Position numbers and translations under genes: made by a program
Notes under the pieces: model-generated
The model's database searches: none
Told to the model about the DNA's origin: nothing
What the model saw: only the letters and a program-made list of their open reading frames with translations
Part shown: in pieces, positions 8,516-17,070 of the stretch
How positions within the stretch are numbered: the stretch's first letter is position 1
Layout of the letters: each line of letters begins with the position of its first letter
Assembly (NCBI GenBank): GCA_035625575.1
Contig: DASPPF010000087.1
Span: 1-28,806 of the forward strand
From: Nitrososphaerales archaeon
Lineage (GTDB): Archaea > Thermoproteota > Nitrososphaeria > Nitrososphaerales > Gagatemarchaeaceae
Direction: 5' to 3'
Length of the DNA stretch: 28,806 nt

Positions 8516-9691
8516 TTGCCCTACGTTCTGCCCGATTCATTCCGCACCTCCGACAAGTTCGCTCTGGTCCTAGCCTTCGGCGAACTCTCCGTCCTCGAGG
8601 CCTGCTCGTTGCTCGACGGCCTCAGGAGTGTCGAGGTTCCGTGCGATAGGGTAGCGGTCGTCGACATGGAGAAGGCGTCAGCTCACCTGATTCCGCGTCT
8701 GGCGGGCATTCACAAGGCCGCCCCACTCATCGAGGAATTCAAGGGGGACGAAGACCGCGTCACGACCCTCGCTGAACGAATTGGAGACGAGCTTGAGGCG
8801 GTGCGGCGCCTAGCCCTCAGCGCGTACGACGTCCCTGAGGAGGACTACGAGGCGCTGGTTAGGGCGCTCCTCGATTCAATCAGGGAGGCTGGCTTCAGGA
8901 AGATAAGACTCCTGAGGCCGAAGCGAAACGAGCTGCTGGCAGAGGAGGTCCTGGCGCGGAACGCTCTGGACATCATATCGTTCCCCTACGGCCGCGGCTA
9001 CGGCCTCGGTCCAACTGCCTGGGTGCCAGACGTCGCCTCCATAAGGCGCAGGGCGCTCGCGAAGCCTGCCCCTCGGTCTGAGATCTCCCTGTCGCCGAGG
9101 CTGGCCCAACTTCTTGTCAACCTGTCCGGCCTCTCAGCGGGCCAACTGATGGTAGATCCCTTCTGCGGTTCGGGGACAATCCTCGCAGAGGGGCTCGCGA
9201 AGTCACTTGACTGCTTCGGCGTGGATTCAAGCCAGGGCCGCCTACGCGACGCTAGGAAGAACCTCGACTGGGCAAGGCGCAACGGCGCCAAGGGCAGGTT
9301 CAGGCTGGAGCTCGGCGATGCGAGGGAGATTCAGGACACACTTCGAATTGAGGCCGACGGAGTTGTGACAGAGCCGGTTCTGCTCCCGAAGATTGACTAC
9401 AGGCCAAGCACGGCCGTGGCTGGCGAAATGGTGGAGCGGGCCGGCAACACCTACGGCTCCGCACTCGCCTCCATGTCCAGAGTCCTGAAGCCAGGGGGAA
9501 GAATAGTGGTAGTCGTGCCGGTCATCACCACGACGCAGGACGAAGAGGTGACCCTGACCCTCGAAGGCGGAAGGCTGGGGCTGAGGGAGTACCAGCCGGG
9601 ACCAATCAGATTCCGCTATCCCATCAGGCTCTCCTTTGAGAGCACAAGATGGATCGGACGCGCGGTCTACGTCTTTGAGTCGCGGGGCTAA
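8516..9691 (+). CDS. Trm11/TrmG10-like SAM-dependent RNA methyltransferase (UPF0020-type)
   Basis: R..LSPRLAQLLVNLS, MVDPFCGSGTIL.E, GVD, GDA, VTEP. TTG start at 8516 chosen from the TTAATTA box at about 8480. The upstream part of the 531-aa ORF overlaps the PNPOx-like gene. Confidence 0.8.
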   Translation: MPYVLPDSFRTSDKFALVLAFGELSVLEACSLLDGLRSVEVPCDRVAVVDMEKASAHLIPRLAGIHKAAPLIEEFKGDEDRVTTLAERIGDELEAVRRLALSAYDVPEEDYEALVRALLDSIREAGFRKIRLLRPKRNELLAEEVLARNALDIISFPYGRGYGLGPTAWVPDVASIRRRALAKPAPRSEISLSPRLAQLLVNLSGLSAGQLMVDPFCGSGTILAEGLAKSLDCFGVDSSQGRLRDARKNLDWARRNGAKGRFRLELGDAREIQDTLRIEADGVVTEPVLLPKIDYRPSTAVAGEMVERAGNTYGSALASMSRVLKPGGRIVVVVPVITTTQDEEVTLTLEGGRLGLREYQPGPIRFRYPIRLSFESTRWIGRAVYVFESRG

Positions 9692-10383
9692 CGCCTGCTT
9701 CGCGCCAGAGACGCCTTCCTGAAGACCCCCGACATCAGTAGCAACTGCCTGTCGGTCAGTGCCGAGGAGGACGCGATGCGCTTCGCGACCTCGCGCATGT
9801 TCTTCACCTTGTGCGCCGGGAGCCCGGCCGAAAGGGCGAGCTCGTGGAAACTGGATGCAAACAGCTCCCTGGCCGATTTGCTCTGCGTTTCCCTTCTTCT
9901 TGCCTTTACACCCGAAACCAGGTACAGCATCACGGCCACGGCGTGCCCCACGTTGAGGGTCCTGTAGCCTGTCCCGGTGCTTATCACGGTGGTAACGTCG
10001 CACATGCCAATCTCCTCGTTGGTCAATCCCGTGGTGTCCCTTCCGAAGACCAGCGCGGCCGTGCGGGCAGCGCCCACGAGCTCGCCCACCCGCTCAGGTC
10101 TGACGGCTCTCCTGACCACATTGGATCCTTTGACGGCCCTGACGGCGGTGGTGGCCACCAGAAGCTGGTTCTCCCTCCTGAGCCTGCCGAAGGTCACCTT
10201 CCTCGCGCCCTCCAAGACGTCCGAGGCGTGAGCCGCATAGACCGCCGCCACGGACATGTCCACCTTGGGGTTCACCAGGTACAGCCTTCTCACCCCGAAG
10301 TTCTTCACGAGCCTGGCCACGTGGCCGACGTTCACTGGATACTGCGGTTCGACCAGTGCGACTGATAGTCCCTTCGGAATCAC
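9688..10383 (-). CDS. trmJ: SPOUT tRNA 2'-O-methyltransferase, TrmJ/TrmH family
   Basis: VALVEPQYPVNVGHVARLVKNFG, LVFGRDTTGLTNEEI, TLNVGHAVAVMLY. GTG start. Confidence 0.9.
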   Translation of the reverse strand: MIPKGLSVALVEPQYPVNVGHVARLVKNFGVRRLYLVNPKVDMSVAAVYAAHASDVLEGARKVTFGRLRRENQLLVATTAVRAVKGSNVVRRAVRPERVGELVGAARTAALVFGRDTTGLTNEEIGMCDVTTVISTGTGYRTLNVGHAVAVMLYLVSGVKARRRETQSKSARELFASSFHELALSAGLPAHKVKNMREVAKRIASSSALTDRQLLLMSGVFRKASLARSRR

Positions 10384-10422
10384 GCCCTCAACGACCCCCC
10401 TGGCTCGATAAATCCCCTCGCA

Positions 10423-11127
10423 TCAGAGGCTGCTGGCCAACGCGAGGGCCTCTTCAGGGGACAGGGAGTTCACTCTCTTCGTGCCGAGGTCCTCCGGAGA
10501 CCGGCCCCCCAGCTCGGCCACGGCTGCGCTCACCTGGCGCCTTCGCAGCGAGAACAGTCTCTTGACCGCCGCTATCTCGTCAGGTCGGAGTCTCCTCCTC
10601 GGGCGCCACGCCACGATGACCGAGTTCACCCTTGGCTGCGGCGAAAACGAGTCACGAGGCACACGGCCCAGTTGGGAGATTTCGGAAGAAACCTGCGCGA
10701 TCACCGAGATGGCCCTGTAGTCCCGCTCGCCCGGACGCGCGGCGACCTTCCGAACGAAATCTTCTTGCAGAATCACGACCGCCCTGCCGTAGCGCCGCTG
10801 GCTTATCCACTCGACAAAGGAAGAGGACCTCGAGTACGGGAGACTGGCCACCAGCACGTCGAAATTCGGTCTTCTCTCGAAGGCATCTCCCAGGCGCAGC
10901 CTCACCCTCCGACCGCCGACCGCCTCCTTCGTCATCCGGAGGTTCTCCTCGTCAATCTCGTAGCCTTCCAGCGATGAAGCGACTCTGGCGAGCTCTCTCG
11001 TCACCGCTCCTCGTCCGGTTCCTATCTCGAGCACCCTCTCGCCCGTTCGTATGCCAGCGAGAGAGACCAGCTTCGCTATCACGGACTGGTCTACCAGGTA
11101 GTGCTGGCCTAGGCTACGGTGCGTCAT
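10423..11127 (-). CDS. rsmA: 16S rRNA adenine dimethyltransferase KsgA/RsmA
   Basis: LGQHYL, VLEIGTGRG, EID, GDA, SLPY, Q.DF, FSPQPRVNS. Confidence 0.92.
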   Translation of the reverse strand: MTHRSLGQHYLVDQSVIAKLVSLAGIRTGERVLEIGTGRGAVTRELARVASSLEGYEIDEENLRMTKEAVGGRRVRLRLGDAFERRPNFDVLVASLPYSRSSSFVEWISQRRYGRAVVILQEDFVRKVAARPGERDYRAISVIAQVSSEISQLGRVPRDSFSPQPRVNSVIVAWRPRRRLRPDEIAAVKRLFSLRRRQVSAAVAELGGRSPEDLGTKRVNSLSPEEALALASSL

Positions 11128-11705
11128 CGCTTTATGAAGAGGTTGATCCTGGAATCGCCGGCCAGCTCTTCCACAATCCGCTTCGCGATCAGCTTGGCCG
11201 GGTCCCTCAGTCCGACCCTGTGCTGAAGGTCGTCGAAGCTCACGAACGGCTGCTTCTCCCTCAGGTCCAGAATCTCACGCATGAACGTCTTGCCTATCCC
11301 TGGAATTAGCTCGAGGCCGTGGAGCCGGGGCGTCAGAGGCTGCAGCTCGTTGAAGTACGCAACGTACTTCTGCTCGTTTGCCTTCACGAGGCTCTCCACC
11401 ACTCCGGGAAGCGATGCGGTCGACTCGGGCGTCAGCTCCTCGAAGGCGAGTTTCCCCAGAACGCTCTCTATCTTCTCCCTGCCCTCCTTGCCTATCTTCA
11501 CCTTCTCGCCGATGTCGAGGTCCGCGTTCTCGACTGCCAGCAGCTCCAAGAGCGTGAGCCTCTCTTCCCCTATGGCCTGCACTATCGGCCCTTCCCTCCC
11601 CTTGATCACGGTGGACTTCCCCCTCGGCATGAAATCAAGAACGTAGGCGAATTCTTCATACCTCTTCTCTGCCGTCAGCGTCTTCGTAGCACCGACTTCG
11701 CTCAA
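11124..11705 (-). CDS. DUF655 family putative RNA-binding protein
   Basis: YEEFAYVLDF, HGLELIPGIGK (HhH), F.SF.DL..RV. Conserved position between rpoF and ksgA. Start uncertain (TTG 11705). Confidence 0.88.
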   Translation of the reverse strand: MSEVGATKTLTAEKRYEEFAYVLDFMPRGKSTVIKGREGPIVQAIGEERLTLLELLAVENADLDIGEKVKIGKEGREKIESVLGKLAFEELTPESTASLPGVVESLVKANEQKYVAYFNELQPLTPRLHGLELIPGIGKTFMREILDLREKQPFVSFDDLQHRVGLRDPAKLIAKRIVEELAGDSRINLFIKR

Positions 11706-11818
11706 TTCAGACCGTCTAGTGGGGCGTGAGCTCCTCTTGTCGCGTAGGCGCCTGTCGGTGCATAGACTGTGCCCTTCTGGCTTCGACGACCATCTTCTTA
11801 TTTAATTGTTAGCGCTCG

Positions 11819-12142
11819 CTACTTCGGATGAAGAATCTTCAGTATCTTGTCCAAGGTTTCCGAGGGTAGGAGCTTCCGCCAGCCCGACGTGAAGGTCCGG
11901 AGCTCCTCGACGGATTTCGGCATTATGTTGACGACCTCCACCGCCTCCTCCTCGGTGAGCCCGCAGTCAGACTCGAGCTGCTTTCTCATCTTCTTCGCCG
12001 TGTCCGGCTGCGTCCTCGAGAACTTCGACGCGTAGTCGAGCGTCCTCTTCTGAATCTGGTCGGCCTTCTCCACGTCCAGCTTCTGGAGGATTTGGCCTGC
12101 CTCCGGGATGGAGAGCACCTTCTTCTCCGGCTTCTCCGACAT
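11819..12142 (-). CDS. rpoF: RNA polymerase subunit Rpo4 (F)
   Basis: Q...LDYA.KFS, EAVEVVNIMPKSVEELR, KILKIL. Follows rpl21e with a TGATG overlap. Confidence 0.92.
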   Translation of the reverse strand: MSEKPEKKVLSIPEAGQILQKLDVEKADQIQKRTLDYASKFSRTQPDTAKKMRKQLESDCGLTEEEAVEVVNIMPKSVEELRTFTSGWRKLLPSETLDKILKILHPK

Positions 12143-12426
12143 CAGCTCCCCCCCAGGGGCACCAGGTGCTCCTTCCGCGCGATCACGGTCTTGGTCTTCC
12201 CGCCGACTGGGACCGCCACGGTGATGGTTCGCCTTCCCACTTCCTTGACCGTTCCGACCAGTCCGTTGAACCTCCTGTGTGGCATGCCCTTCACCTGCGA
12301 CGGGTCTATCTTCACAACCACCCTGTCGTCCACCGAGTACTCCCTGAGAATGCTGCTGAGTCCCCGCTTCTCCCTGGTCTTCAGCAGCGACCTAGTTCTT
12401 CGCCTGTATCCGTGAGACTTCGCCAA
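12142..12426 (-). CDS. rpl21e: 50S ribosomal protein eL21
   Basis: SHGYRRRTR, GDRV-like DDRVVVKIDPS..KGMPHRRFNGLVG, K.VIARKEHL. TTG start. Confidence 0.97.
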   Translation of the reverse strand: MAKSHGYRRRTRSLLKTREKRGLSSILREYSVDDRVVVKIDPSQVKGMPHRRFNGLVGTVKEVGRRTITVAVPVGGKTKTVIARKEHLVPLGGS

Positions 12427-13534
12427 ATCCGAATTTCCCCGTTTCCCTTACTCCGCAGATGTCGAAGGTGCGACATCTGACCTCAGTTTTTAAGACTTCC
12501 GACACTGAAGGCGAGACGAGCTCTCCGCTGACGAACCTCTTCACCGGAAGCCCGCCGTCCAGCTCCGCGTCTATGGTGATCTCCCTGCCCCTGGCCCTCG
12601 CGACGACCCTGTAGACGCGCCTCGAAACGGGTTTCTCGTTGGGCCTGTTGAACACCACCTCCGCGTTCCGGAGCGCTTTCGTCAGTTCCCTCAGCTCGGT
12701 CGCAGCCACCTTGGTCGAGGATTTGGCAGTGATGAGGGTGCGAAACCTGAATCGAGGTAGCGTGACTGGCCTGGACGGGAGCATTCGACCGCCGGACACC
12801 TTCACGACGTGTCTTCCTGCCTTGACGATGAAGGACTTCGGCAGGCTACGGCTCCTCGGGTTCTTCAGCTCGGCGACGAAGGGCCTGCCGGGCGCGGCCA
12901 CCCTGCTGTCCTCGTCCTCGCTGCCAATCCAAGAGAACCTTGACTCCTCCGCTTCGGTTTCGGCCATCAGCCTTCGGCCGACCGCGAGCTCGACACTCGC
13001 CGACCTCTTGAACCCCGTCATCTTGCAGGCATCGCAGCCCCTGCCCGAGCACTTCGCGCACCTCGCCCTGCGCTGAGCGATCCCCCGGGGCTTGGTGTAC
13101 CTTCCGTAGAAGAACAGCGACCTCGAATGAATCGTCACCTTGGCATTCGCGACGTCGAGGGTAGCCATCAGGTCTGGGTTCATCTTGTCCTGTCCCTTCC
13201 TGAGCTCTCGCTCGATGCCCGCCGCCATCATCTTTGACAGCTCGGTCTTGATCGTCTGCCTCCCCTTCAGCTTGAGAGCCGACCTGATTTCGTCCTCCCT
13301 CTCCTGCACACCCTCAGGCATCGAAAGTCCGATGCCGAAGGTCTTGAATTCGTACGCGGCCGCTTCGGCGACGACCTTCTTGACCAGTTCGTCGACGCGG
13401 CCCATCAGTCCTCCGCAGATGAAGCACTCGTCGAACCCGACGGCAACGAAGTCCGATTGGTTCCCGTCCTGGCGTTCGAGGCATCTCTGGCAGAGGTGGC
13501 AGCGCTGCACCGCTTCCGCCAAGCTACTCCCCAC
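12392..13534 (-). CDS. pus10: tRNA pseudouridine(54/55) synthase Pus10 (divergent)
   Basis: N-terminal CxxC...CxxC, THUMP region (FKTFGIG, NPDL), FYGRY.K..RGIAQ, GSEDEDSRV...GRPFVAEL.NP. Conserved position between srp54 and rpl21e. The start may be TTG 13522. Confidence 0.85.
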   Translation of the reverse strand: MGSSLAEAVQRCHLCQRCLERQDGNQSDFVAVGFDECFICGGLMGRVDELVKKVVAEAAAYEFKTFGIGLSMPEGVQEREDEIRSALKLKGRQTIKTELSKMMAAGIERELRKGQDKMNPDLMATLDVANAKVTIHSRSLFFYGRYTKPRGIAQRRARCAKCSGRGCDACKMTGFKRSASVELAVGRRLMAETEAEESRFSWIGSEDEDSRVAAPGRPFVAELKNPRSRSLPKSFIVKAGRHVVKVSGGRMLPSRPVTLPRFRFRTLITAKSSTKVAATELRELTKALRNAEVVFNRPNEKPVSRRVYRVVARARGREITIDAELDGGLPVKRFVSGELVSPSVSEVLKTEVRCRTFDICGVRETGKFGFGEVSRIQAKN

Positions 13535-14846
13535 CCATCCTGCGCATCATCTGCCTGAACTCGCGACCCTTGCTGGACTTCACCATCGACTTCATCTGCT
13601 TGTACCTCGAGAGGAGCTCCCTTACGTCCTTCTCCGTCCTTCCGGAACCGCGTGCTATCCTCTTGATTTTCGACGCGTTGATGCTCTCAGGCTCCGCGCG
13701 CTCCTGGACCGTCATCGACTGGATTATCGACTTGTAGACGCCGAACCTCCCCTCGGCCTTGTCGAGCTCCTGGGTGTTCACCTGGCCGGCCAGGCCGGGC
13801 AGGTGGTCGATGACCTTCTTCAGGGAGCCGAACTTCTTCATCTGGTCGAACTGTGCGAGTAGGTCGTTCATCGTCAGCTTGCCCGACATCATCCTCTGGA
13901 CGGCCTTCTCGTCGACCTGCACCTCGGCCTGCTGGACCATGTCCAGCAGCGACTTCAGGTCGCCCATGCCGAGCAGCCGGCCGACGAACCTGGTCGGGAC
14001 GAACTCCTCCAGGTCGTCTATCCTCTCGCCGGTACCGATGAAGAAGATTCTGGCGCCGGTCGCGGCCGAGGCGGCGAGCGCCCCGCCTCCCTTCGCAGCG
14101 CCGTCCAGCTTCGTGACTACGATTCCACCCACCGGCGAGGCCTTGTGGAAGGCCTGCGCCTGGCTGTAGCACTGCTGGCCGATGGTCCCATCGATGACCA
14201 GGATGTTGTAGTCGGGCTTCACTCCCTGGACGATGTCCTTCATCTCCGCCAGGAGCCCGGACTCCTCCTTGTGCCTGCCCGCGGTGTCCACTATGATCAT
14301 GTTCTTGGAGCCCTCGAAGTGCTTCCTCCCCTCCTTCGCAATCTTCACGGAGTCCTTCTCCCTCTCGTTGCTGAACACTTCCACTCCGGAGGGTTCGCAG
14401 AGAGTCCGGAGCTGAGTCACGGCTCCGGGCCTGAAGGTGTCGGCGGCCACGACTCCCACCCTGAAGCCCCTCTTGGTGAAGAGGCGCGCGAGCTTGGCCG
14501 TCGTGGTGGTCTTGCCCGACCCCTGCACCCCGAGCATCACGAGCACGTTCGTCTTCACCTTGTCGAGCTGGGGGCCTCCCTCTCCTCCCAGCAGCCGCGA
14601 CAGCTCCTCGTACAGGATGGAGACCATCTGGTCCTTCCTCGTCACCCCGCCCGCGGGCTTCTCGCTGAGCGCCCTGGTCTGGACCCGCTCCGTCACCTCG
14701 AGGGCCATCTTCACGTTGACGTCGCCCTGAATCAGGGACCTCTGCAGGTCTCGGACGAACTCCTTGATTGCCGCCTCGTCAACCACGTTGCCCCGGATTA
14801 GCTTGGCGAGCGCGTCCCGGAGTCCGTCTCTCAGCGAATCCAGCAA
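13524..14846 (-). CDS. srp54: Signal recognition particle protein Srp54
   Basis: GVQGSGKTTT, ADTFRPGA, DTAGRH, TKLD, GTGERIDDLE.F, M domain (IIQSMT.QER, RIARGSG). TTG start. Confidence 0.98.
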   Translation of the reverse strand: MLDSLRDGLRDALAKLIRGNVVDEAAIKEFVRDLQRSLIQGDVNVKMALEVTERVQTRALSEKPAGGVTRKDQMVSILYEELSRLLGGEGGPQLDKVKTNVLVMLGVQGSGKTTTTAKLARLFTKRGFRVGVVAADTFRPGAVTQLRTLCEPSGVEVFSNEREKDSVKIAKEGRKHFEGSKNMIIVDTAGRHKEESGLLAEMKDIVQGVKPDYNILVIDGTIGQQCYSQAQAFHKASPVGGIVVTKLDGAAKGGGALAASAATGARIFFIGTGERIDDLEEFVPTRFVGRLLGMGDLKSLLDMVQQAEVQVDEKAVQRMMSGKLTMNDLLAQFDQMKKFGSLKKVIDHLPGLAGQVNTQELDKAEGRFGVYKSIIQSMTVQERAEPESINASKIKRIARGSGRTEKDVRELLSRYKQMKSMVKSSKGREFRQMMRRMGGE

Positions 14847-14911
14847 CCAGGGCTGACCTTCTCGCGCTCGCTAAAAAGATTAAGACAAATCGCGGCGGTC
14901 TTCCCGCCGAC

Positions 14912-15616
14912 ATGAAGGTCGCGACGCTCTACTCCGGAGGCAAGGACTCCACCTACGCCGCTTACCTGGCGTCAAAGCGAGACGAGCTCGCCTGCCTCAT
15001 CACAGTCTTCCCGGAATCCGACGAGTCGTACATGTTCCACTTCCCCAACCTCAGGTGGACCGCCCTCCAGGCAGAGGCGGCGGGCGTGCCCCAATGGGTG
15101 GGAAGGACAGCGGGGGTGAAGGAAGAGGAGCTGTCGGACCTCGAGGCGGTCATGAGGTCGGCGAAGGAGAGGTTCGCCCTCGAGGGAGTCTACACAGGCG
15201 CGCTGGCCAGCGTCTACCAGAAGAGCCGCGTCGAGAAGATCTGCTCTGGGCTCAGGCTCGAGTGCGTCTCGCCTTTCTGGGGAGCCGATCCAGAGCAGCA
15301 CCTGAGGTCCTTGCTTCGCGAAGGCTTCGTGGCTCAGGTCGTCAGCGTCTCGGCCCTGGGGCTGGACGAGAGCTGGCTCGGCAGGACCCTCGACGAGAAG
15401 GCGGTCGACGAGCTGGTCGCGCTGGGGGCGAAGTACAGATTCCACATCGGGCTCGAGGGAGGAGAGGGCGAGACCTTCGTACTGGACTGCCCTCTGTTCT
15501 CGAAGAGGATCGAAGTGGTCTCGAGTCAGAAGCACTGGCGAGGCGATTCGGGCTACCTCGAGATCAAGGAGGCCCGAGCCGTGCCGAAGCTCACCCGGAC
15601 GGGTTGGGCGGCCTAG
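14912..15616 (+). CDS. dph6: Diphthine--ammonia ligase
   Basis: MKVATLYSGGKDS (PP-loop), ESYMFH, GALASVYQK.RVE.IC, GEGGEGETFVLDCPLF. Confidence 0.92.
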   Translation: MKVATLYSGGKDSTYAAYLASKRDELACLITVFPESDESYMFHFPNLRWTALQAEAAGVPQWVGRTAGVKEEELSDLEAVMRSAKERFALEGVYTGALASVYQKSRVEKICSGLRLECVSPFWGADPEQHLRSLLREGFVAQVVSVSALGLDESWLGRTLDEKAVDELVALGAKYRFHIGLEGGEGETFVLDCPLFSKRIEVVSSQKHWRGDSGYLEIKEARAVPKLTRTGWAA

Positions 15617-16775
15617 TACCCAGAACCAGGCTCACGGAGATCGTGTGGCCTCCCCTTATGACTTGGAGAACTATCGTCTGACCAGGCACCGTGTATTCCT
15701 GCAGGTATGACGACAGGGCGTCGGTGTTCAGAATCTTGGTGCCGTTGATTCCGACTATGATGTCGCCACCCACGAGGTACTCCGACCCCTGGACCGTGGC
15801 GGTGTGGTCGCCAGCGCGCAGGCCAGCCTTCGCCGCCGGCCCGCCGGCGGTGACGTTCTCCACCAGAGCGCCGTAGGTGACGTTGGTCCCCTCCAGCTGG
15901 GCCAGCTGGTAGCTCATGTCGACGCTCGAGATCCCCAGGTAGGAGTGGCCCGTGTAACTCCCGGTCGAAACGAGGGAAGGCAGCTCCTTCAGTATCGTGT
16001 CGGAGGGAATGGCGAAGCCCACGCCCTGGGAGCTCTCCACCGTAGCGGTGGTTATGCCGACCACGGTGCCATTGCCGCTCAGAAGCGGGCCGCCTGAGTT
16101 ACCCGGGTTTATCGGCGCGCTGAACTGGATGACGTTCGCGATCGCGTAGGGCCCGGCGAGCGACTCCGTCAGCGTCCTTCCGAGCTGGCTCACTATCCCG
16201 AAGGTCATTGAACCCGACAGGCCGAACGGGTTGCCTATCGCCACGACCGGCTGCCCCACCTGAAGCAGCGACGAGCTCGTGATTTGGAGGGGGTGGAACT
16301 CTGACGCTGGAGCGCTGACGCTGACCACGGCCAGGTCGCTGTAGCCGTCGGTGCCTATCACCTTGGTCGGATAGGCGTTGCCGTCCTGAAACGTGGTCGT
16401 GATGTCGGTGTCGTTCTGGACGACGTGGAAGTTGGTGATGACGTAATTCGTGCCCTGATAGGCGTAGACGAAACCGGAGCCGAGCACGGGCGAGCTCCCG
16501 GTGGAGCTCGACTGGACGCCCTCGATGGTCACAACGCTGCCGGAATCCTGGGCGTAGATTGCCACTGGGTCGAGCCCGAGGAAGTTGGCGCTTCCGGAGT
16601 CCTGGGTGCCGACGGTCTGCGTCACGGTCGTCGTGCTGACCTGAACGGTCGTGGAGGTCCCCTGGTGGGGAACGGACATGATAGAAACCGAGGAGTAGGT
16701 GATGAGGGCCGCGAGAACAACCGCCACCGCGAGCAGAGCCCAGTATCCCTTGGAGACGGCACGCCTGACCTTCAT
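15591..16775 (-). CDS. htrA: Membrane-anchored HtrA/DegP-like serine protease (S1C) with PDZ domain
   Basis: N-terminal TM helix, Thr/Ser-rich linker, triad TNFHVV / SDLAV / PGNSGGPL, PDZ (YLGI...GPAAKAGL..GDII). Confidence 0.93.
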   Translation of the reverse strand: MKVRRAVSKGYWALLAVAVVLAALITYSSVSIMSVPHQGTSTTVQVSTTTVTQTVGTQDSGSANFLGLDPVAIYAQDSGSVVTIEGVQSSSTGSSPVLGSGFVYAYQGTNYVITNFHVVQNDTDITTTFQDGNAYPTKVIGTDGYSDLAVVSVSAPASEFHPLQITSSSLLQVGQPVVAIGNPFGLSGSMTFGIVSQLGRTLTESLAGPYAIANVIQFSAPINPGNSGGPLLSGNGTVVGITTATVESSQGVGFAIPSDTILKELPSLVSTGSYTGHSYLGISSVDMSYQLAQLEGTNVTYGALVENVTAGGPAAKAGLRAGDHTATVQGSEYLVGGDIIVGINGTKILNTDALSSYLQEYTVPGQTIVLQVIRGGHTISVSLVLGTRPPNPSG

Positions 16776-16897
16776 CGCTGACTACGTGATGCGTCTGGCG
16801 TGGGTCACACAAAAACCTATATTTTGAAACGACGGCGAGATTCCCGCTCTAGATGACGGGATTCGGAAGAGCCGTCTGAGATTAGCGATGAAGAGAC

Positions 16898-17070
16898 CAA
16901 ACCACAGATAGAGCGCGGTTCTGTCAGGTCATCGGTCGAGTCCGACTTCCTGGCTTCGAGGCATCGACTCTGAGGATTACCGACTCCCCTTCGTGTTCCG
17001 GGTTCCCCTTCACTGCTTCACCTGCCCCGCCTTTTGACTGGGCGAACCTCACCCAGCCCCTGCGGGAGAT
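16898..17070 (-). ncRNA. Putative TnpB omega RNA (scaffold overlapping the tnpB 3' end plus about 20-nt guide from the flank); boundaries approximate
   Basis: Omega RNAs of IS200/IS605 TnpB overlap the ORF 3' end (established). A 10-bp hairpin GGCUGGGUGA-GGU-UCGCCCAGUC is visible at 17058-17036. Its GGUUC is complementary to GAACC just past the stop codon. The low-complexity tail after the last RuvC motif is typical of RNA-constrained sequence. Confidence 0.5.
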
